From Camelus dromedarius (lineage: Eukaryota), in NCBI RefSeq assembly GCF_036321535.1, contig NC_087458.1, positions 10,850,001 to 10,914,000 on the forward strand: a stretch of DNA of 64,000 nt, given 5' to 3'. Positions 35,563 through 46,646 of the stretch are shown here, one piece after another; position 1 is the first letter of the stretch, and each line of letters opens with the position of its first letter. Made by a program: the position numbers and the translations under genes. The notes beneath the pieces were generated by a model that did not search any database, was not told where the DNA came from, and worked only from the letters and a program-made list of their open reading frames with translations.

Positions 35563-37576
35563 TCAGGGCAATGCTTGCAGCATCAAGTTCCTCAGGAGTT
35601 TCTGTCGGCCCAGCTCATAGTCCTCCTCGTCCACATTGACCAGCAGCTTGATAGCTTCATGGCCCACAGCCTGCTTGAGGGAGTCTGTGATGAAGACACC
35701 TTTAAGTGCCTCTAGTAATGACCCATTGATGTAGTCNNNNNNNNNNNNNNNNNNNNNNNNNNNNNNNNNNNNNNNNNNNNNNNNNNNNNNNNNNNNNNNN
35801 NNNNNNNNNNNNNNNNNNNNNNNNNNNNNNNNNNNNNNNNNNNNNNNNNNNNNNNNNNNNNNNNNNNNNNNNNNNNNNNNNNNNNNNNNNNNNNNNNNNN
35901 NNNNNNNNNNNNNNNNNNNNNNNNNNNNNNNNNNNNNNNNNNNNNNNNNNNNNNNNTATGCAGAAGAGGTTGCAGTGAGGGCTGAGTTCACATGCAAGGT
36001 TGAAAAGAGCAGCAGAGTAGCAAAGTTGGGAATATCACAGGACAGCTTCTCTCTCTCTTCCCAGAACCAGTTCCTTTCTATGTACCTCTGAAATCCTTGC
36101 CTGAACTCAAGAAGTTCCCTTAAATGAGCCATGCCCGGCTCAGATTATTTCCATCACTTACAGGTAGCACCTTGATTCTAGGAGATATCTTCCTAATTAA
36201 CACACAGAAGTTCACTTTAATACTCTATCATGACTTGGTTCATCCTACAATAAGGATGGCGTAACGGCATCTCTTTCATCTGGTATTAACTAGAAAGAAC
36301 TGGAATGTACTCTGCCACAAAGTAGAGGAATTCTCCACCCAGAGACTAAGCCATTCAACCTCACTTTGCAATAACAATCAAAGTGAGCCTTGCACTGAAT
36401 AGCATAAACTGCCCAGCAACCCAGCAGTTCTTTGTATTTCCCCTCAAGTCTACTCCACACCTAGAACCCTTGAACTTTCTCACCGCATGTCTGCTTTTCC
36501 TTGGGATCTGGTGTCACTGACTTCCGGCGTTTTCGCTGGCTCCCAAGTGTGGCTCTCCCTCGAGCTGGCCGCTTGCTACACATCTGAGGGCCCGAAGTGG
36601 GGCAGCACACCACAGGATAGTGGGGAGGCACTGACCAGAGGGTAAAAAGGGAGAAGACATAGCAGGGTAAAAGCAGAAATTCAAATACTTCCTTGGAATG
36701 AGGAAGGAATCATTTAGACTTAGCACTAGGAGCAGTATCAATAATGTGACCTGAAAGGTGGACAAAATGTGGGAACAATTACAGGACCTGATGAAGCATT
36801 AACACCTCATCTGATTTTTATGCTGCCAGATATGGGGGGGGGACAAAGTCCTTTCTTTAAGCTGGCAAAGCTGGGAAAATGACAGGTCCAGTGTCCTCTT
36901 TCTTGATTACAGACATTAGGGGGAGTTAATATCTTCTCACCTGTTTTAGGGGGGTGGGGGGGCCTCGGTTCTGAATCACTGAGGGCTCTGGGTGTCACAT
37001 AGCGAATTGATGTTTCCTCCAGATACTTGTCTACAAGATCAGGGCACACTGTAGAGAGAGAAGGACTCATTTAGGAGAAGATACACCCTTCCCTTCTCCT
37101 AGTCCAACCCTCCAATGGGCCTCACAACTTGTTCTCCTTGGTACTTCCCGGGGTCAATGCCTCCTCCCGCTTGGACTCCTACGCTGCTCACTCATGGCTT
37201 CCCACAACTCTTCCCTGACTCCAGTGTCCCCAGCCCCTGCTGCACCCTCACCAGCCCGTCTCCTCTTGAGGGTGACGTAGGGCAGCAGGTCATGGCGAGT
37301 GATGATGCGCAGCAGCTGCAGCACCTGGCGGAAGTTACTCTCATCACAGCGGCCCTGGCGCTCCAGCGCCAATAAGAAGTCACGTCCATTTCGGATGAGG
37401 CCACGCTCGTGGTCATCAATGACATCAACGAACAGGAAGGAAAGAACGCGCACATCTCTNNNNNNNNNNNNNNNNNNNNNNNNNNNNNNNNNNNNNNNNN
37501 NNNNNNNNNNNNNNNNNNNNNNNNNNNNNNNNNNNNNNNNNNNNNNNNNNNNNNNNNNNNNNNNNNNNNNNNNNNN
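35563..37576 (-). CDS. DEDD: Death effector domain-containing protein DEDD (4 coding exons, two partly in N-gaps)
   Basis: Exons (-) about 37576-37252 (visible RDVRVLSFLFVDVIDDHERGLIRNGRDFLLALERQGRC...), 37048-36941 (VCPDLVDKYLEETSIRYV...), 36630-36484 (VPPHYPVVCCPTSGPQMCSKRP...), about 35939-35563 (visible DYINGSLLEALKG...LMLQALP*). The start and the last acceptor are inferred across gaps from the recalled 318-aa protein. Confidence 0.95.
35737..35956. other. Assembly gap (220 N) covering the 5' part of the last DEDD exon
   Basis: N run. Confidence 0.99.
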
Positions 37577-37602
37577 NNNNNNNNNNNNNNNNNNNNNNNN
37601 NN
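37460..37602. other. Assembly gap (143 N) covering the DEDD start codon
   Basis: N run. Confidence 0.99.
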
Positions 37603-38299
37603 CTTTCCAGAATTCCCACTCAGCAGCTGCAATCCCCACTATACTGTAAGGGCAAGGAAAGAACCTGTGAGCCACTCAATGGCAGGAGCTAGTCTTATGC
37701 GTTCCTATATTCCCAGAGCCTAACACAATGCCTGGCACAATGTAGTGTTTAATAAGTGTTTCTTAAATTTTACAAAGTATTTATTAAAAAATAAAACCTA
37801 CGACTCTCCACACCCAGCGGATGCTGCCCTATGTCCAGACCCAACTGGAGAAATATAGTCACTTCCTCTAAAAGAGACTGTTATATGCAATTTTAGTGCT
37901 ACATATTCAGCAGAAATGGCTATTAGATATTACCCCAATTTTTCCCCCAGCCTCCAAAATACTGCTTTTGGTCCCTTGTACTCTCCCTACCAGCCTCCCA
38001 CCCCAATCAATTCATTCCTTAAATGAAAGGTAGCCAAAAGTGAAGGGAAGTAGAGAATTCACTCTTAATTCTAACATAGAAGCTGCAGCAGATGAACTTA
38101 GGGACAGCAGGGCCAGAACTAGAACAACGTTACTAAGCCCCTGCATTGAGCATTCTTGCAATTCTCCTATGCCACTTGTACTCCCCTGATGTTCACACAT
38201 CATCTGGATATACCACCTTCTAACCCTTCCTCATCGTTGTCATTTACCAGTCCTGTCAATGACCAATCACATCCCTACATTTATTATATATTTTGCCAT

Positions 38300-39230
38300 T
38301 TGATACACAAATTTCTCCATTATCCTGAGTAATGTAAGTGACCAAGCCAAAAACCAATCCTCAAGTCCAACAACTTTCACTTCCACTTTAGCCACTCATA
38401 CTTACTGCCTGGCCAGGCAGAACCACCTGATACTGCTCCATCTTCTGACCACAACCTCCAATCACCCAATCAATTATAAATTCCTGCTGATGCTACTTCT
38501 AAACATTTCTTAAATCTGCCTCACCTTTCCACCGCTACTACCACAGCCCTGGTTCAGGTCCCAATTATCTCTCACCTGGATTACTACAACAGCATCCTTA
38601 AGGACTTTCTTTACCACCAACCTTAACCTGGCTAAATCTATCCCCTACATCCAGCTGCATTAACTATTTAAAATGTACAACTGACCACATCACTTTTCTG
38701 CTTAAGAGCTATCTACAGTCCCCCCCTACCTATAAAAACACTCCAAACTCCTTATACAACACACCAAGATGCCTACCTTGTCAACCTCATAACTTGCTTT
38801 TTTCCTCTAACATTGTCAGTCTGTTTATAATTCGCATATATCATGCAATTCATTTCTCTACAGCTTTCTTCAGGTTCCCTTGGCCTGAATGCCCCTCTCC
38901 CTTCTTTTCCATCACCACCCTTTTTCAGATGGCTAACTCCTACTCAACCTTTAAGATTCAGCTCAGATGCCATCTTCAAATTCATTCTCTACACCCCATG
39001 CTGAGATAAGTAGTCCTCTTCTGTGCTCCTATAGAACACTGTGTGCATTTCCTTTAAACCATTTATCAAAGTGTACTAAAATTGTTTGTGTATTTACTAT
39101 CCTATTAGATCTTAAGTGACTCATGTAGAAGGACTAAGTCATATTCCTCTTTATATCTCTAGTGCCCAGCAATGGATGGAGGCTGGCACATAGTAGGAGC
39201 AACCTGTTGTTGAACTGAACTGAATCTCCA
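38300..39230. mobile_element. L2 relic
   Basis: L2-type text (ctggttcaggtcccaattatctctcacctggattactacaacagc..., cagctcagatgccatc..., tggcacatagtagg). Approximate. Confidence 0.55.
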
Positions 39231-40353
39231 AGAGATCACCACAAGCAGTATCAATTAAGGAAAAAACTTAAGTCCAAGAGTGAGAGGACCCCATTAAAAA
39301 TTCACTCAATTCGACACACAACTATGCCCATACTAAAAGCCATCGAACTGTATACTCTAAATAGGTGAATTATGTGGTTTATGAACTATATCTCAATAAA
39401 GCTATTTTAAGAGGGAAAAAAAAATACACATAACTCAGGCACCCAGCATATATTCTAACTAGCTATAGCCTCCCCAACACTGCAGAGCTACCCATTCCAC
39501 AGCACCCTACTCAACAATGAGACAGGTTGCTCTGTCCATTTTATACTCCAAGAAACTGAGGCTAGGTTAAGAAAGAGAAGAAAATGATGAACTACTTCAG
39601 AAAAGTCAAGCTGTTGGGGACTCAAAACACTGAAGAGCAAGTAGGACCTGGTCCTCTCTTTCTTCGTAATCCTAAATGGAAGCACAGAAATACTCAAACC
39701 CCAGAGAAAAGGGGAGGTACACCCTGGAATCACCTAGCCCTACACCATGGGTTCGGACATGTGGACAGGAAATACAGCCCATATCTAACTATGAGAGCCC
39801 AGATGCCCCACCCAAAGCATAGGAAACAACTGGGAAAATACCTATTCAACTATTAGCTGGTTTTCCTTGTCTCTTCCTCTCGTTTCACCTGCTGCAGTCA
39901 CAGGGTACAAATGGAGGGGACTGAAAAAAAATAACTTCTTGCTCATAGCAGGCAATATGAGAAGACTCAGCCTCCTTGGAGCCCCTACAACTTCTTCTTG
40001 TTCCCTATCCCACCTGTTCCCCTTGGTCAGCTGTTGATTATGAGGATACCAGAAAAAAACAGATAGGCAGGTTTCACATTCAACCAATCAGAAAAGCAGG
40101 TTGCTCCAGAGCTCCCTAATTCAGTGTCCTGACTACAAACTCTGGGAAATTAAGAAATATTGTCCCCACGTACCTGGTTACTGGAAAATGAATACAGCAA
40201 AGCACTGTGGCCCTAATTATGTATCAATGGATGCAATTCTACAGCAGGCCTCAACCGTTAGGGCTAACTCCCTAGATTTAAGGGGAAAACAGCCACCTTT
40301 AAGTCCTAGGTCCTCAGCTAGATCAAAGTGCCAGGATTGTCACAACTTGTAGG

Positions 40354-40580
40354 TCAGTGGTTCTCAACCAGGGGCGATTTTGTCCCCCAGGGGACATTCA
40401 ACAATGTCTGGAGTCATTTTAGATTGTCGTAACTGGGGGATGGGGGTGGTAAGGAGGGTGCTACTAGTGTGAGTAAAAGTGATGGAGGCTGCTAAACACC
40501 CTATAATGCACAGGACAGCCTCCCACAACAAAGCCGCATCTGGCCCAAAGTGTCAATAATGCTAAGGATGAGAAACCCTA
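40354..40580. mobile_element. MER20-like DNA transposon (opposite orientation to the 27052 copy)
   Basis: cagtggttctcaaccaggggcgattttgtcccccaggggacatt...gatgagaaaccct. Confidence 0.75.
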
Positions 40581-42291
40581 TTCTAGATGGAGCATGATGA
40601 AGGGTCTAAAGAAGAGACAGAATGTCACTATCCACCCTAGACCTGGATAAGGAACCCATCTGGTCCCCCCAACCCAAACCCATCAAACAATATTTCAGAA
40701 GGAAAGAAAAGCCAGTCAAAGACTCATTTAACTTAACTAAGGAGTTCCATTCCACTCCAACCTTGGCTTCTCTATCACCTGCTGTTGCTATTCAGGTGAA
40801 CAGCAGGTAATAGGGCTACACTCCCTTCTGCCCCCTCCCAGGAGGTCTAATTTGACCTAGTTCAATCTGGATTTCTGTGAAGATTAGAGAAAAGCCATCC
40901 CCTGCAAGACAGACAGAAAGGATCCTGCACTTAACCCTTGCAGTCATCTTTAAAGTCCCAAAACTAGATCAGTAGCAGACTCTTCTTGTTAGGTTCCTGG
41001 TCAGACTTACACTGCTTATGGAATGAAGCAAAACGTAGAAGAGGTAGAAGTTCCCCAAGGCCATGTCCTTGGGAGAAATGTCAGGAGGCTGGCATGCAGG
41101 CTAATAGGCAGCCCTCCCCACTTAATTATCGTTTAGGATGGTGAGTTCACTCACTCAATAATTCAGATGGGGGTTCCAAGAATCTAACTTCGGCACTAAA
41201 AGAATGTGACCAATTTCCTCTTAAACCAAACTTTCTGTGGCAGTGAATCGAGGGAACTCAGCTTAAAGTATACTAGATGTAAGGTATCAGAGCAGTGAGG
41301 AGAATGTACCCCCTCTAAACAGAAGATCAGAAAGAACTTCTGAATCTCGGTGCCTGAAATACCGTCAGATACCAGGAGACAAACACTTCAGTAAACCAAA
41401 GTCCTGATCCTGCTGGCTGATTTGGGTCCATTTGAGAGCCTAACATATGGATCCCCCAAAGAGGTTCCCCAAACTAATTCTTTATTCAAATGAATTGCTG
41501 CATATCCTGGAGTTGAGGGTTTTGTTGTTGTTGTTGTTTTCTTTAGGGAGGTCCAAGCCAGCCAAGGGCCAAAAGACAATCTATATGTATCTACAGGACA
41601 TCCTCTTGATTGATTTTATTGATTGTTCATCTATTAAGTTTCTACTTTCAAGCAGAGTCTAGCCCCATCCCAACCAGGAATGAGATGTGTATTTTTTGAG
41701 GTATTTGACTCTCTCAGAAGCCCTCAGAGAGGGAAAGTCATATGGAAAACTAAAGAGTGATGTCTTGAAACCTGAAACGTAAAGGGCATGGAAAACCTTA
41801 AAGATGGCTAAGACTAACATAGAGAGCTTCCTTGTTAGTAGCACCAAGAAAATGTAACCAAATATCTGTAAGTCAGAATTACATAGTATGTTTTCAAAAT
41901 GAAGATTCCAGAACAACTGGAAGAAAGAGTAAGCTAAAGGAAAAGCCTTCCCATGGCAGGTGCCTCAGCAACCCTCCAAGGGCAACATTTAGTAGACTAG
42001 AGTACAATGTTCCGTATGTTTAAAAATGTTTCTCTCAGAGCTGACCAAGAACACTAGATAATAACAAAACAAAGCTGGAGGCTTGCCCAAGGCACCTAAT
42101 TTCTGCTTTCCTTTCCCTCCTACCAATCTCCAGTTACCCAAAGGGACAGTGACTACAACAGATCTTATGTACTTGGGTGGGTAAAAACCTATTTTCCCTG
42201 ACATCTAATGTGGGCTCAACCCACATTACATTTCTACTGCCATTTCCATTCCCTTCTATTGTTAGAAAATAATAAAAAGCTCCAGACTTAC

Positions 42292-42324
42292 CTCTGCAAG
42301 AAACTTAACTTCCCAGGTCTCTTC
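42292..42324 (-). other. DEDD: DEDD 33-nt 5' leader exon 2
   Basis: tgtgctag|GAAGAGACCTGGGAAGTTAAGTTTCTTGCAGAG|gtaagt; resembles the recalled DEDD mRNA leader. Confidence 0.8.
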
Positions 42325-44087
42325 CTAGCACAAGGTTCAAAGCCAGCAGCAAAACAAAAACAAACGGGGGGCGGGGGTGGGGTAAATTTTCAAGCTTTAT
42401 TTTGAAACCTCAGAGACCCAAAGAGTCAGTCAATCTCAGTTGCAAAAATACATAGACAAGCCTAAAGCCATTTCAATTGAAATAATCCACTCTAAGCTAA
42501 ATGAGAGAACTCAGTTCTAACAAAGTCCCCAGGCTTCCCTAACTCTCTACTACAGAAAAACAATACCAACTCCAGGAACTTCTAGCCTCAGTGGCTCAGG
42601 GCAAGAAACATTCCAAATTCAACAACTTCTGGGAAAACCAATTATCCTCTGACATCTCACCTGATTCCTCAATTCCTTAAGAGACCACCTATTTTGTTAC
42701 AGCATTAACGTTGACTTTCATCTTTGAAAAGAATTAGGAAGAACGTGGTTAAAGCCAAAGAAGGCACTTTATTTCCATCACTTCACTTATAAGATCACAA
42801 CTATCCTCCAAATTCTATCTTCACTCTTTCCCTTACCTGGCACACAACAAAATATCCACTGGGGCAGTATCCACTCAAACATACACATTTCATCAAGAAC
42901 ATTTTTCATATATGGATACCGACCCCTCCCTCCTAGCACTTAAACAGCGAAAGAAAGGTCTGGAAACTAAACCACTCATTTAATTAGCATGGCTGCCTAG
43001 ATGCAATCCTGTGTTTTCTGTTTCCCGTCTCAGACTTCCAGAGCCACCACTTTAGCAGACAGGACTCCAACACAGCATGGCTGTTTCCCCATTCTGGCAT
43101 TGCTAATTACTTAAAACTAGGAAAGCCCTTCACTCCTTCCACACTCCAGCATACCAGCCTCCCCACTTTCCCTTCCTTTGGTAACCAGGGAAAACAAGGG
43201 AGCAGCAAGCTAGGGAGCTTTTGGAAAGCAAATCCAGTTGAACCCTCATCCAACCCCAATTCTCCAAACCCACATGACCATTCCCTTCTGCCCTTCCCAC
43301 TCGAGTAAAAGCTAAAGGCCTGGCAATTAGAATTGGTTGCAACTGATGCTGCTCAACTCTGCTCTCTCTCCCTTTCCACAGGGGAAAGGGAAACTCCCGA
43401 ACCTCTATCACCCGTGCAGCTCCACCGTCCTATCTCCCATCCCGTCCCCCTTCCTCCCAAACTTTCCTCCCAGACTCTCACTTTCTCCATTACCTCGTCA
43501 CACCGACACGCTCTCCATTCCCCAAACCTCCGTTCTCTCCTTTTCCACCCAAAGTCTCCCCTAGGCCCTTCCCCCTCCACCTTCAATTTAACACTTAAAG
43601 AACCTCCCTCCAAACGTCTCAAGTCCCATCCTCACCTTTTCCCACCTCTCCACAACACCCCTCACAAGAGTCCAGTCCCCCTTCCAACCACAAGCCACCA
43701 GCCCCCTTCCCCTTCACACCCTCAGCCTCTCCCTCCCGCTCCTACCCCCTCAGCCCGGCGGGATCGCAGCCCCACTCCCCACCTCGGCCTCTCTAATACC
43801 CCTAGCCCGGCCCAGCCTCGGCCCTTGTTTACGCCCCTCCCCTGCCCTACTCCTCCGCCTCGACCCTGCCCTCTCCCACAGTTGCCACCTCCCCCGCACG
43901 CCCCCCTCGGCCGCTCCCCTCCCCCACCTCGCAGCGTCCCGTCACCTCCCTCTCCTGAGGTTCTCAGGCTGGACGTCGCCACCGCCTCCCCCTCCACTTT
44001 CCTTCCCCAAGCCCTTTGCGGCCCCGCCCGGCCCCGCCCCGTCCCGCTCTACTCCCCCTCCCCACCCCGGCCGCCCCGCCGCCTCAC

Positions 44088-44400
44088 TCTCGGCTCAGGC
44101 TCGGCGCCGCCATGTTGGATCCATCCGCGCCGCTCTCCCGGGCCTGTCTCACGGGGCCGCATCCGGGCTCCAGCCGCCGCCGCCGCCGCCGCGGGCGTGG
44201 GGGAGGGGAGAGGCGGGCGGGGGTGGCTGCATCCTGAACAGCGCCTCCCGGAACCTGGCCGGTTAGCGGCGGCTTCGAGACCATAGTGAGGCATGAGCCG
44301 GAGTAGCCATGCTAGGTGAGGGCAGCCTGGCAGCGGCATTAAACGGGGAGGGGATAGCTTCACTTTGGTAGCAGAGAATAGGGATTGGCAGCCATCTTGC
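44088..44400 (-). promoter_or_regulatory. DEDD: DEDD exon 1 and CpG-island promoter, with (GCC)6 at 44173-44190
   Basis: CpG island. Donor CCGAGA|GTGAGG at 44088/44087 and upstream ATG at 44113. TSS is approximate. Confidence 0.75.
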
Positions 44401-44411
44401 TTTCGGGCAAG

Positions 44412-46646
44412 CTGGCAACGCAAGTTGTTCTTCAGGGCGGCTTCAGGGCCGTGTAAAGGCATGAGAGAGGGTGGCATTCTTGAGTGTGGAAACATTGGTG
44501 GGTCTGGAGCTGGTTGGTGTCGACTTCAAGACCAGCTGAAAGACTGCGACTGGTACCCATGACGCATAAGGGCGGAACATTACGGGGTCAGGGTTGCCCT
44601 GCGAACTTGGGGAAAGGTTCATGCTCTGGATTTGACCTTTGCTCTGAGCTTCCTGGTAACCCGGACGTTCTGTAAACCTGAGTACGGAACAGAAAGCGCT
44701 GCTCAGATACCCTCTCAGATTTCACTCTTTGAACATTTACCTTTTGAACACGCGCTTCCTGAAGTGTCGCCTGGGCTGAATCCTGGACTGTTGGGAATTG
44801 GGGGTGGGGGGCCAGGTACCATCTGGAATTGCCAGCAGTCTGGTATCATTAAAAGAGAGGTAATAGATGAGGCCTGGGAGGTTGGAAGGGGCCGGTTAAC
44901 GCGAGGCGTTGTGAATTAATTGATTTTATCCTAAGGGCGATGAATACGTCTTGAAGAGTCTTAGCGGAGGTGTGAACCGATATATTTGCATTTTAGAAAG
45001 ATCACTAGTTGCAATGGGGAGAATGGATTGGAGGGGACGAAATTAGAGTCAAGAACAATTCGGAAGCTCTTACCAGGTAAGATACGACTGTGCTCTGTCC
45101 TATGAAGGGGGAATGCAAATGGGGAAAAAATTGATCGGAAGTGGGTATGAAGCAGAGAGAGGAATCCAGGGTATTTCCTAGTGTTCTGACTTGGGGCAAA
45201 TGGGGAATAATAATACCATTTTCTTTGTGCTTTGGGAGGTGGGGGAAGAATGAGTTTTAGGCGCCTGTGGGATATCCATTAGACAATGGAACATTAGATA
45301 ATGTTGGGTGGGAGTCCCAAAGGAGGGTTTGGAGTGTGTGCACGCCTGAGTGTGTGAATATAGAAGGTTGTTAAAGCCGTGGAAGTGAGTAAGAGCCTTG
45401 AGAGAGAAATATCTGCATTTAAAGAATGAGATGAGGGAAGGGAACAGAAAAGAGGACACTGAGAAGGGGTAAATAGGAAGGAAATAAGAAACCAGGAGAG
45501 AAGTGTCAAGGAAACTGATCAAAGTGTTAACATACAGTTCAGGTAAGATGTGGCTAAAATGTATCCATTGGATTTTGCAACAAGTAAGTCCTTTCGTAGT
45601 TTTGGAGAAAGCTGTTTCAGAGATATGGTGGGGTAGAAACAAAATTGAGGTAAACTGAGTGACTGGTAGGCACAATGTATAAAAACAGATTTTTTCATGC
45701 TGTTGACTGCAAAAAGATGCTAGCCATACGATATATATAAAATATATAATGAGATATATATATATATATCATGAGGGAGATAGATATATATATCATAAGG
45801 GAGAAGTCCAAAGAAAGGAAAGTTTTAGATACCTATGGGACAGCCAGATGGAGGTGCGCTAGTGGTAATTGAATACACAGATCTGAAACATAGGAGAAAA
45901 TATATTAAACGGAAAAAAAGCAAGTGCAGAAGAATATGTATGGCATATTCATACAAGTGTTAAAAACAAACAAACATGAAGATTAGGCCTGGGAGGGATG
46001 AAACTTACACTTTTTATTTTAGATCCATCTTTACTGTTTTAATTTGTTTAGTATTGCTTTTATAGAAAACTACTTTTTAAAAACTCCAGTGTTGTACAGG
46101 CCAGAAATTCTGAATTATGAACATTTCAGTGGTAGCTGAAGCCATAAATTTGGATAAACTCCCCAGCGAACAACAGAGGGCTAAGACAAGTGCCCTGGTG
46201 AATTTTAACATTTAAGGCACAAGTAGAAGAAGAAAATCTTCAAAAAGGAACAGCCAGTGAGGAAGGAAAAACACTGGATGGTGATTGTCACAGAAACAGA
46301 GGGAAGAGAGTCTTCCAAGAGGATGAAAGTTGTTAAAAGTGTCAGATGTCCCCAGAAAGGCAGCTAGCAGGAAAGGTTAAAAGCTAACTCTAGACCCAGG
46401 TTTCCAGGACGCTTAGCATAAAGGTCAAATCCAGATCCTGAACCTTCCTCCAAATATCATGTGGAATTCAACCCCCATGTATTCCATTCTTCTGTGTCAG
46501 GGCTGCCAGTTGCAGTCTTTCAGTGGGTCTTGAACTTGACACCAGCCAGTTCTAGCACCACCAATATTTCCACACTCAAGAATACCACCTCTCCCATTCC
46601 TTCTTATGGCCCTTAAGCTGCCTTCAAGAAAAACCTGTGTTGTCAG
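44412..46646. repeat. Inverted repeat pair, arms about 250 bp (44412-44663 and 46393-46646)
   Basis: Manual alignment: about 80% identity over the first 159 bp of the arms (32 differences counted); similarity continues to about 44663. Confidence 0.85.
44860..45680. mobile_element. L2 relic
   Basis: ttttagaaagatcact..ttgcaatggggagaatggattggagggga..; approximate. Other L2/MIR relics at about 1480-1850, 11450-11620, 25240-25820, 46140-47000, 48950-49900, 53800-54020, 57750-58900 and 62340-62460. Confidence 0.5.

Noticed and set aside
43333-44286. 317-aa proline-rich ORF
   Set aside because: An artefact of the C-rich strand (few stop codons) antisense to DEDD exon 1 and intron 1.
44365-44562. 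Apparently conserved peptide GGILECGNIGG...LKDC.W.P shared by both inverted-repeat arms
   Set aside because: Differences between the arms are dominated by CpG decay and include an indel. The peptide similarity follows from DNA duplication, not coding selection.
45730-45800. TA-rich quasi-palindrome / short tandem duplication
   Set aside because: Simple (TA)n expansion within an L2 relic; no further structure.
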